A stretch of 64,000 nt of DNA from a virus. A program made the translations under genes and the position numbers. This document shows, one piece after another, positions 16,664-25,151 of the stretch (positions within the stretch are counted from its first letter, which is position 1; each line of letters begins with the position of its first letter). Where the stretch lies: IMG/VR virus record IMGVR_UViG_3300008255_000002; one strand, given 5' to 3'. The notes under the pieces were generated by a model. That model saw only the letters and a program-made list of their open reading frames with translations. It had not been told where the DNA came from and did not search any database.

Positions 16664-16700
16664 ATTATAGCATTTTTTCCAACCATTCAAGAAAAATTTC
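16664..16700 (-). promoter_or_regulatory. Early promoter P13
   Basis: TTTTTC TTGAAT, 15 bp, TGc TATAAT. Confidence 0.75.
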
Positions 16701-16973
16701 TGGAAAATTCTAAATCGTTGTGACGCAACAACTTACAACCATCCAACATTACTGATATGTAAGATCACCTACTAATAAATTCTTTACGTGAAAAGATTGC
16801 TATAGTATAACATCTACATACGTTTATATCGAGACATGTTGTATTGATTAATCTACATATGAATGAATAGGGGGGTTTTTATGATTTACATGTGCCTATG
16901 TGTTTATATGAAAATATGCAGGGGGAGTACAAACAAACCTCCCATCAAAAAAACAAAACCCATCAGTAGAACG

Positions 16974-17816
16974 CTATCGCTGTCTTTTCTTTTCTTTTTC
17001 TTTTAGCAACTTTGCTCCGCGAATCCCTTTATCATATCTATAGTGAATCGTACTTTTTGTCACCTTGCATCTTTTATCCCTCGCCCACTCTCGTAGCGAT
17101 TTCTTTTCACCGAAAATTTCGACAACTATCCCTTTAGGTCCACGACGCACGCAATCGCCCTGTTCCAACAACGCGGTTCCACGTATCCCTTTAGAATATC
17201 GTTTGCGCAACAAACTATATGGTGCTTTGCATCTTGGGTCGCGTGACCATTCATATAAAGTCTTCGTCTCTCCTAATTCATTAATACTTACGGGTTCTCC
17301 CTGATTCTTGAATTTGCGGCGCGGCGGTACATAGTTCTTATCATACCACGTATCGTTATTTAAAATTTTCCACACCGTACATTTAAATTTATTTTCCAAT
17401 TTGATATGTGACCACCCCTCTAAGTAAAACCTCCTGATTTTATTTACGATTTCCCATGTAAGTTCAGATTTTTTTGACGACATCTCAAGTTCTTTTTTAA
17501 TTGATTCGCGAAGTCGTTTTGTGGCAGTTCTGGTATTTGAGCCGCGAGCTACGAGAAAAGGTCCCCTCATCATAATGCACATAACACCTTCAGTTATATT
17601 GATCGATCCAATACGAAAAACTCTCCCATAAATCTTTATACGCGAAATTACTAAATTATTTTGGTTAGGGGAGGTTCTATATAAACCGTGTTGCATTCTC
17701 AGGGCGCCTATATTTTTAGCTGTATAACTGGTGCCGCACTTTGAGTTGATGTAGAGCACCATTTCATAATCAGTTTTTTTTGTGTAGTATTCTTTGATAT
17801 AATCAATAATATCCAT
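16974..17816 (-). CDS. DNA-binding protein with duplicated homing-endonuclease-type DNA-binding repeats
   Basis: GETKTLYEWSRDPRCK...RYSKGIRG repeated as GEKKSLREWARDKRCK...RYDKGIRG; no nuclease motif seen. Confidence 0.65.
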   Translation of the reverse strand: MDIIDYIKEYYTKKTDYEMVLYINSKCGTSYTAKNIGALRMQHGLYRTSPNQNNLVISRIKIYGRVFRIGSINITEGVMCIMMRGPFLVARGSNTRTATKRLRESIKKELEMSSKKSELTWEIVNKIRRFYLEGWSHIKLENKFKCTVWKILNNDTWYDKNYVPPRRKFKNQGEPVSINELGETKTLYEWSRDPRCKAPYSLLRKRYSKGIRGTALLEQGDCVRRGPKGIVVEIFGEKKSLREWARDKRCKVTKSTIHYRYDKGIRGAKLLKEKEKKRQR

Positions 17817-17934
17817 TGGGGGATTCCTAAAATGATATTTATTCCTGTTAAAATAAATACAATTAATATAAAGGAGCATGCAGTTGCGTGCGAATTAAAA
17901 CAAGAAGATCCATTAAACGCAGAGGAAATTATAT

Positions 17935-18423
17935 ATGAACATACAGTACAAAACAGAGATCGAACAGTTTCAGGGGGCACAATCGGAACAAAGATTAATC
18001 GAGATAATTAATTTTGTCATCGATAAACTTTATACACAGTTTGAATTTTCTTATTATACAAAAGATGATATTAGACAAGAGGCGTGGGTAATGATACTTG
18101 ATGCGTTTGCCAAGGGTTCATATGATCAAAATCGCCCAATCGAAAAATTTGCCTATAGACACATCAAAAATAGATTAATTAATCTGCGGCGCGACAAATT
18201 AAAAAATGATACCTCGCAACAATCATTAATGAATACTTCCGAAATTTTAATTGACCCGGAAGATTATTTTGTTCCCTATCATGATAACATTTCCCTAATC
18301 GAACAACGTATTCCCTGTTACCTCAGAAGTGATTTTTTGCGATTACTCGATGGGGTGCGCATCCCCGAATATAAGAAAAATAAAATTAAAAGGTATCTAT
18401 ATGAAGAAGAAATTATTAATTAA
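17935..18423 (+). CDS. Phage-encoded sigma factor (region 2 core), likely the late sigma
   Basis: YTKDDIRQEAWVMILD...YDQNRPIEKFAYRHIKNRLINLRRD; first gene of the virion module. Confidence 0.75.
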   Translation: MNIQYKTEIEQFQGAQSEQRLIEIINFVIDKLYTQFEFSYYTKDDIRQEAWVMILDAFAKGSYDQNRPIEKFAYRHIKNRLINLRRDKLKNDTSQQSLMNTSEILIDPEDYFVPYHDNISLIEQRIPCYLRSDFLRLLDGVRIPEYKKNKIKRYLYEEEIIN

Positions 18424-19189
18424 GGATATGGCTTATATCGATGAGCATTTAGATTTGCCTATCGATGAATTAGCGGGATATTGTGGTGTGCCCCCTAAGA
18501 TGGTGAGAGATTATCTTAAGGGGCGACAACCCAGAAAAGAACAACCAGTTGTTTCACCAACACTCAGATCAAAACCCGAGTGGGCTTATATTTGTCGGCA
18601 ATTTACAGATGAAGAATTATCTTTTTATGAACATTGCTATAATAGAATGCTTGAACAATTTAAAGAAGATGTTGTTTATACAGAAGAAATTCAGGTACAT
18701 AAAGCTATAGAATTAGATATTTTTATGTTGCGTAATAAAATTAATAGGCGGCGTACCATAGATCAAATTCAATGGATCGAAGAACAATTACAAGAAGAAC
18801 TTTTATTAGATGAGAGCGCTCAAAACCAAAATAAAATTAATGCCTTGCGCGAACAACTCTCAGCTTTTAATAGCGTTGTCGTTTCAACAAATCGTGAATA
18901 TACTGATCTCCTTAACCAACATAATAAGATTATGGAGAGTCTACAGGGTACGCGCGAACAGTTGCGTAATAAACAATTTAATACAAAAATTGATATATTT
19001 TCTGTATTAAAAGATTTAGATGATGAAGATTATAGATCAAAACAAATTGTACAACAAGAGTTGGCGAAAAAAGCAATGGAATCAAAAAATGCAATATTAG
19101 GTTCTCTACACACTTTTATTGATGGAAGTGTAGATATTCCTATATTAACTGCTGAAAATTATGATAAGGTTGAATCAGAGAATGAATAA
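18401..19189 (+). CDS. HTH plus coiled-coil protein, possible terminase small subunit
   Basis: N-terminal HTH (IDELAGYCGVPPKMVRDYL), long coiled coil, position upstream of terL. Confidence 0.5.
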   Translation: MKKKLLIKDMAYIDEHLDLPIDELAGYCGVPPKMVRDYLKGRQPRKEQPVVSPTLRSKPEWAYICRQFTDEELSFYEHCYNRMLEQFKEDVVYTEEIQVHKAIELDIFMLRNKINRRRTIDQIQWIEEQLQEELLLDESAQNQNKINALREQLSAFNSVVVSTNREYTDLLNQHNKIMESLQGTREQLRNKQFNTKIDIFSVLKDLDDEDYRSKQIVQQELAKKAMESKNAILGSLHTFIDGSVDIPILTAENYDKVESENE

Positions 19190-19279
19190 AGAGTTTTTAT
19201 ATTCGGAATATATAACTGTTACTGTTATTTCTGGTGAAACAAGATATTTTTATTAATCTTTGTTATAAGGCAGCAAGAT

Positions 19280-19766
19280 ATGCAAAAAGTAAAAGTTTTA
19301 GTTGATACTCGTGAACAATGTCCGTGGAAATTTACGGAAAATAGTTGGTGTTCTGGATCTGAAATTACAACACTAAAAACGGGCGATTATACTTTAGAGG
19401 GGTTTGAAGATAAATTGTGTGTAGAAAAAAAAAAGCGTAAACGAATTTTATAATAATATTGTAACTAAAGATTATATTCGTTTTACTAAAGAGTTAGAAC
19501 GTATGAAACCTTTCCCTAACAAATATATTATCTTATGTTTTAATATGAATGATATTATTAAGTTTCCCTGGTCTACAGACCTACCAATTCACGTAAAAAG
19601 AAAAATTGTCGCAAGAGGCAGTAAATCAGATTTCTTCCTAAAAAGATTTGTTGAACTTCAAATAGCCTATCCAGATATTCATTTTCTTTTATGTGGGGAT
19701 GAAGCTGAAAAGGTTGTTAGTTCTATATTTAAAAGAGTGGTAGAATATTATGCAGAAAAAAGTTAA
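19280..19766 (+). pseudogene. ERCC4-domain nuclease split by a +1 frameshift in an A10 run
   Basis: Frame 0 reads VLVDTREQCPW...LKTGDYTLEG...LCVEKK and stops at 19453. The +1 frame continues SVNEFYNNI...RFTKELERMKPFP into ORF 19503-19766. Confidence 0.8.
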
Positions 19767-22700
19767 TCTTAGAGATTTTTTCGATAAATATTATGAAGAT
19801 GGAGAGGATGAATTTTCTTATCTAGAAACAGATGGAGGTTTAGATTTAGACGATTTAGCAAAATCAGAAATAGACATATCTAACAATCCATTTTTTGATA
19901 AAAAAGAAGATGCAGTTAGGAAGTTTTGTAGGGTTATTAGAGATCCAGATTATCTACCATTTACATGTGAACATGTTTTTAATATAGAGTTACTTCCTAC
20001 ATATCACGTCACAATGAAGCATTTATATAATCATTCCTTCCCAATGCTTATTGGTAGTCGTGGATTTGGAAAAAGCTTTACATTAGCTTTATATATATTG
20101 TGGCGACTATTAATTAATCAAGGTATTAAAGTTGTTGTTGTTGGTGCGGCATTCCGCCAATCAAAACTTATATTTAATTATTGTTTATCTATTCTTGAAC
20201 GTGCGCCGGTATATCAAAGTATGTGTGGAAATGGTTCTAAGATCAAGATATTAAAAGGGAACGATAAATGCACTATTCAGGTCGGTGAAAGTTTTGCAAC
20301 GTTTTTACCATTAGGTGATGGAGAAACAATTCGTGGTGAACGTGCTAATATTATTATTGCTGATGAATTTTCCATGATACCAGTTGATGTATATGAAACT
20401 GTTGTTAAAGGGTTTACTGCTGTTTCTCAAAATCCTATTAAAAACGTTAAACAAATCGCCAAAATGATGAGAAAAAAGAAAAAAGGATTATGGTCAAAAG
20501 AACAAGAAATTCTTTTTCAAGAAATGATGAAGTCTAATCAATCAATTGTATCTGGTACTGCATATTATTCTTTTAATTCTTTTTGTGATTATTGGAAAAA
20601 ATATAAAAAAATTATACAAAATAAAAATATAAAAGAAGCTGTTAAAGAAGAGGATGCTTATGCGCATTGTAATCGTAAAGATTTTTGTGTGCTTCGTATT
20701 CCTTTTGATTTAATTCCAACAGGATTTTTGGATATGAAATCCTTAAATCAAACAAAGGAAATGATCGCGGATTCTACATTTCAAATGGAATATGGCGCAT
20801 GTTTAACTCCAGATACAGAAGTTATTACATTAGACGGGATTAAAAAAATTATTAATGTAAAGGTTGGAGATTATGTATTAACACATCTTGGAAGGTGGCG
20901 AAAAGTTATCGAAGTAATGAAGCGGAAATATTTAGGTAATATATATAAAATTAAAGCATATGGAAATAATCAAAATATAGGCGTGACCCCAAACCATCCA
21001 TTTTATATTGATGAGGATTGGGAAAATTCTGCCAATTTAAAAAATAAAAAATTAGAACTTGCAAGATTTAATCATCTTAATAATACAACATCAATTAAAA
21101 TATCTGATTATGTAGATAGTATATGTAAAACAGTAGTTAATGATGTAGAATATGTTTATCCTAAACCATCACAATTAAAATGTTTTAAAGATCATCATAT
21201 AAAATATAAATCATGCATTCCAAATGAAATTAAACTTGATTATAATTTCGGATTGATTATTGGTTATTATGCGGCGGAAGGTAGCGTTGGAGCAAATGGT
21301 AGGGCGGTTTCTTTTTCTCTTGATGGTCATGTTGATATTAGTTTATTAGAATATATAAAAGAATTGAAAGATGCCCTTTTATCAACTTTTGAAATGAATT
21401 CCGTAGAATATCCAAAAGAAGATAATGTTGTTGATGTTTGTATGAACAGTAGATTAGTATCTGATCTATTAAAAAAAATATGTCCTAGTGTATCAGATAC
21501 AAAACATGTTAATACAGATATATTATACTCAAATCCAGAATTTATGAAGGGGTTTATTACTGGTTATTGGCATGGTGCCGGATGTGTACATAAAGATAAA
21601 TCAAGAAACAGATATCGTATTGTCGCGGGATGCACAAATAAATCTCTTTTATCTCAAGTTCGATTATGTATGTCTTATTTTGGTATTAAATCATCTTTAA
21701 ATAATGGAAAAGAAAAACATAAATCTTACTTTAGAGGGAGGGTATGTAATTGTAAACCATCATATATAGTACAAATATCAGAATCGTATTTAGATGAGTT
21801 TATTAAATTTATATCCGACAAAGAATATTTCCCCCCTAACCAAAATAAAAAAACACATAAGTTTATAAAGAGAGTTTATAAAGAAGAACATTATAGTGGA
21901 TTTGTTTATAATTTAGAAGTTGAGGAAGATCATAGTTATTCATTAATTAATGCTACAGTACATAATTGTTTTCCTGAAGATTCCAATGGTTTCTTTACTA
22001 GAAAATTAATTGAATCTTGTGTTGTGAAATCAGAAAGACAAATAGGACACGAAATTATATATCCTTTTACGGCAAGTATTATTGGTATAGACCATCCATT
22101 ATTTTATGCAATGGGTGTGGACCCTGCATCAGCAGAGGATAATTTTAGTATTGTTGTTATATCTGTATACCAAACATATAGAAAAATTGTTTATTGTTGG
22201 ACTATTAGAAAATCTATTCTTGCAGAACATATTAAAGAAGGTAGGGTTGATCAACAGGATTATTATGGATATTGCGCGAAAAAAATTAGAAATGTTATGA
22301 AGTCATTTTCTCCGTGCGAAATTATTGCTTTGGATGCTCAGGGTGGTGGTGAAGCTGGCGTAGCAGAAGCATTAGCAGATAAAGATAAATATTCAGAAAA
22401 AGACCTTCCTATATTCCCCGTAACAGAAGACCATCCGTTTTGGGATGGTAAAGAACGACATACAGATAAAATGACAGGGAAACATATTATTGAATTAGTT
22501 CAATTCGCGCGTGCTGATTATATTTCAGAAGCTAATCACGGATTAAAGAAAGATATGATAGATAAGGTATTACTATTTCCTATATTTGATGCAATATCTT
22601 TATCTACCGCACAATACCACGATGACGAAGAAGGCTTAGAATATGATAATTTAGAATTATGTATGTTAGAAATAGAAGAATTAAAAGATGAATTAGCGAC

Positions 22701-23001
22701 GATTCAACATGGACAACATCCAAAAACCAATAGAGATTATTGGGATACTCCAGAAAAGAAACTTGCCGAAAACAAAAAGGGTCGGTTAAGGAAGGATAGA
22801 TATAGCGCTTTATTAATAGCAAATATGGCGGCGCGTCGCTTACAACGCATGCCAGAAATATATAACAGAATGGTTGTTGGTGGTTTTGCTCAAAAATCAT
22901 CTATTAAAAAACAAATTAATTCCGGGGATAAAAATTTGTTTGTTGGTCCGCAAAAATACGTTAAGTCATTAAATATTTGTGCTGCTGTACGTAGACAATA
23001 A
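19750..23001 (+). CDS. terL: Terminase large subunit containing an intein
   Basis: Walker A GSRGFGKS, IRGERANIIIADEF, nuclease MGVDPA and RKDRYSAL. Confidence 0.95.
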   Translation: MQKKVNLRDFFDKYYEDGEDEFSYLETDGGLDLDDLAKSEIDISNNPFFDKKEDAVRKFCRVIRDPDYLPFTCEHVFNIELLPTYHVTMKHLYNHSFPMLIGSRGFGKSFTLALYILWRLLINQGIKVVVVGAAFRQSKLIFNYCLSILERAPVYQSMCGNGSKIKILKGNDKCTIQVGESFATFLPLGDGETIRGERANIIIADEFSMIPVDVYETVVKGFTAVSQNPIKNVKQIAKMMRKKKKGLWSKEQEILFQEMMKSNQSIVSGTAYYSFNSFCDYWKKYKKIIQNKNIKEAVKEEDAYAHCNRKDFCVLRIPFDLIPTGFLDMKSLNQTKEMIADSTFQMEYGACLTPDTEVITLDGIKKIINVKVGDYVLTHLGRWRKVIEVMKRKYLGNIYKIKAYGNNQNIGVTPNHPFYIDEDWENSANLKNKKLELARFNHLNNTTSIKISDYVDSICKTVVNDVEYVYPKPSQLKCFKDHHIKYKSCIPNEIKLDYNFGLIIGYYAAEGSVGANGRAVSFSLDGHVDISLLEYIKELKDALLSTFEMNSVEYPKEDNVVDVCMNSRLVSDLLKKICPSVSDTKHVNTDILYSNPEFMKGFITGYWHGAGCVHKDKSRNRYRIVAGCTNKSLLSQVRLCMSYFGIKSSLNNGKEKHKSYFRGRVCNCKPSYIVQISESYLDEFIKFISDKEYFPPNQNKKTHKFIKRVYKEEHYSGFVYNLEVEEDHSYSLINATVHNCFPEDSNGFFTRKLIESCVVKSERQIGHEIIYPFTASIIGIDHPLFYAMGVDPASAEDNFSIVVISVYQTYRKIVYCWTIRKSILAEHIKEGRVDQQDYYGYCAKKIRNVMKSFSPCEIIALDAQGGGEAGVAEALADKDKYSEKDLPIFPVTEDHPFWDGKERHTDKMTGKHIIELVQFARADYISEANHGLKKDMIDKVLLFPIFDAISLSTAQYHDDEEGLEYDNLELCMLEIEELKDELATIQHGQHPKTNRDYWDTPEKKLAENKKGRLRKDRYSALLIANMAARRLQRMPEIYNRMVVGGFAQKSSIKKQINSGDKNLFVGPQKYVKSLNICAAVRRQ
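20800..21966 (+). mobile_element. Intein (389 aa) with LAGLIDADG homing endonuclease
   Basis: QMEYGA|CLTPDTEV, block B VTPNHPF, VYNLEVEEDHSY...VHN|CF; LAGLIDADG helices GLIIGYYAAEGS and GFITGYWHGAGC. Confidence 0.95.
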
Positions 23002-23003
23002 GC

Positions 23004-23020
23004 GTGTATTTAAATTGTAA
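23004..23020 (+). promoter_or_regulatory. Putative late promoter motif GTGTAT plus AT-rich tail (other copies at 26036, 28344, 34349 and 37593; minus strand 55148 and 55579)
   Basis: Recurs about 40-80 bp upstream of the portal, scaffold, sialidase, tail tube and tape measure starts. Confidence 0.7.
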
Positions 23021-23048
23021 TTGTATTACATTATAATTGAGGGGCGTT

Positions 23049-25151
23049 ATGACAAAAAAGTATTACAGCACAAATAGCAAGGATAGAAAATATAATAATT
23101 CTCTTCGAGAGGCGTCAAAAGCGATAGATCAAATAACTCCTATTAATAGAACGAGTGCTAATTCTCAATTTAGGGAATATAGAGATATTTTACCTAATAC
23201 GTCTATCAGAGACGGATTTTCTAAATATGACTATGATTACTTTAATAAAGAAGATGCAATACCAAAATCTAAAAATTCTATTCTTGCAATATGTACAGCA
23301 GCATATTATAGAGTTGGTTTAATTCGTAATATTATAGATTTAATGGGGGATGTCGCGTCACAAGGAATTAGAATTGTACACCCAAATAAAACTACAGAAA
23401 AATTTTATCAGGCATGGTTTAAAAAAGTTGGCGGCAAAGAACGCTCCGAAAGATTTTTAAATTTATTATATCGTAATGGCAATGTTATTGTTAAAAGAGC
23501 ATCTAAAAAAATTAAAGATCAAGAGCAATTTATAAAAGAATTAAGATCTCAAGCAAGTATTAATTCTCCCTCTAATGAAATGCCTTGGCAGTATTTTTTC
23601 CTAGATCCTTTATCTATTGAGCGCGAAAGTGCTGTTTTATCTACTTTTTGTAATACTCCTTTATTCAGTATGAAGATTCCTACTCAGTTAAGAAAAATTA
23701 TTATGGAACCTTCAAATGAATATGAAAGGGATTTAGTAAAAGAAATACCTCAAGATATTAAAAATGCAATTAAAAGTAAGAAAAATGATAGTAATTCATC
23801 TATACGTATTATTTTAGATCCATCTAAGGTTAGGTCTTTTTATTATAAGAAAGATGATTGGATGCCTTGGGCACACCCTATGATTTATGCGATTCTTGAT
23901 GATCTTATTTTATTAGAGAAGATGAAATTAGCTGATTTAACCGCTCTTGATGGTGCTGTTTCACATATTCGTTTGTGGACTCTTGGTGATTTAGAACATG
24001 ATATTTTTCCTACAGAAGAAGCGGTTCGTAAATTAACAGATTTACTTATAAATACTGCTGGAAATGGTAGTGTTCTTGATTTAATTTGGGGTCCAGGATT
24101 AAAATTAACAGAAACAAATAGTAATATATATCAATTCTTAGGTGGCGAAAAATACACAAATGTTTTATCTAATATCTATGGTGGCTTAGGGATTCCTCAA
24201 ATGTTAACTGGTTCAAGCAGTAAAGGAGGAATGTCTACTGATTTTATGCAGATCAAAACGCTTGTTAAAAGATTAGAATATGGAAGAGAACAATTAATGG
24301 TTTTTTGGTTAGGGGAAATAGAAATTATTCGTAGGGTTATGAGTGGGCGCAAAGGATTTTCTTCTAAAAAAATGCCAGATATTATTTTTGATCATATGAG
24401 TTTAACTGATGAAGCAGCTCAAACAAAATTAATTTTAGATATGCTGGACCGCGAAATAATTTCTATTAAAACTGCTCGCGAAGACCTTGGTTATATCCAT
24501 AGTCTTGAAGAATCAAGACTTGATGAAGAAATTGAAACAAGAGCTAAGAAACCGAAAGTTTCTCCTTATCATGCCTCACAACCCGACCATGATTATAAGA
24601 AATTATTTATTCAACGTGGCGTGATGACACCTTCTCAGGTTGGTTTAGAATTACCAGATCCCAAACCATCTGAAAAATTTATACTTGAAGATAAATCGCA
24701 ACCTAAGAATACCCTTCCCTCTAACAAAAAAAAGGGTACTCCCGGCGAAGGTCGCCCTAAAAACGCAACAGATACTCAACCGCGCAAACGTCGCACACCA
24801 CTTGTAGCAAATCTATTTTGGGTTCAATCCGCATATGATGATATTTCATCTTTTGTTTTTGATGTTTTATCTGTAAAATTCAATAAGGCTAATTTAAGAA
24901 AATTTACTAATGAAGAATATAAAATGTTTGAAGATTTAAAATTTGGTGTTTTATGTAATGTAGAACCATTTTCAAAAATAACTGAAGATATTTTAATTAA
25001 AGCTATTAGTAAACCGTTTATTAAATATGGAAAAGCTAAAACAATTTATCAAAATATATTTAATGAATTTGTATCAACATACAACCAAGAACCAACAATA
25101 GATCAACGTAAACAGATTTGTTGTTTAGCTTACCTGGAGATTATTGAATGA
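23049..25151 (+). CDS. Portal protein
   Basis: Follows terL; AYYRVGLIRNIIDLMGD, YYKKDDWMPWAHP, GLGIPQML; about 700 aa. Confidence 0.85.
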   Translation: MTKKYYSTNSKDRKYNNSLREASKAIDQITPINRTSANSQFREYRDILPNTSIRDGFSKYDYDYFNKEDAIPKSKNSILAICTAAYYRVGLIRNIIDLMGDVASQGIRIVHPNKTTEKFYQAWFKKVGGKERSERFLNLLYRNGNVIVKRASKKIKDQEQFIKELRSQASINSPSNEMPWQYFFLDPLSIERESAVLSTFCNTPLFSMKIPTQLRKIIMEPSNEYERDLVKEIPQDIKNAIKSKKNDSNSSIRIILDPSKVRSFYYKKDDWMPWAHPMIYAILDDLILLEKMKLADLTALDGAVSHIRLWTLGDLEHDIFPTEEAVRKLTDLLINTAGNGSVLDLIWGPGLKLTETNSNIYQFLGGEKYTNVLSNIYGGLGIPQMLTGSSSKGGMSTDFMQIKTLVKRLEYGREQLMVFWLGEIEIIRRVMSGRKGFSSKKMPDIIFDHMSLTDEAAQTKLILDMLDREIISIKTAREDLGYIHSLEESRLDEEIETRAKKPKVSPYHASQPDHDYKKLFIQRGVMTPSQVGLELPDPKPSEKFILEDKSQPKNTLPSNKKKGTPGEGRPKNATDTQPRKRRTPLVANLFWVQSAYDDISSFVFDVLSVKFNKANLRKFTNEEYKMFEDLKFGVLCNVEPFSKITEDILIKAISKPFIKYGKAKTIYQNIFNEFVSTYNQEPTIDQRKQICCLAYLEIIE

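Noticed and set aside
19182-19256. 24-aa ORF MNKEFLYSEYI as a functional gene
   Set aside because: It is too short to support; it resembles the start of a deleted endonuclease gene.
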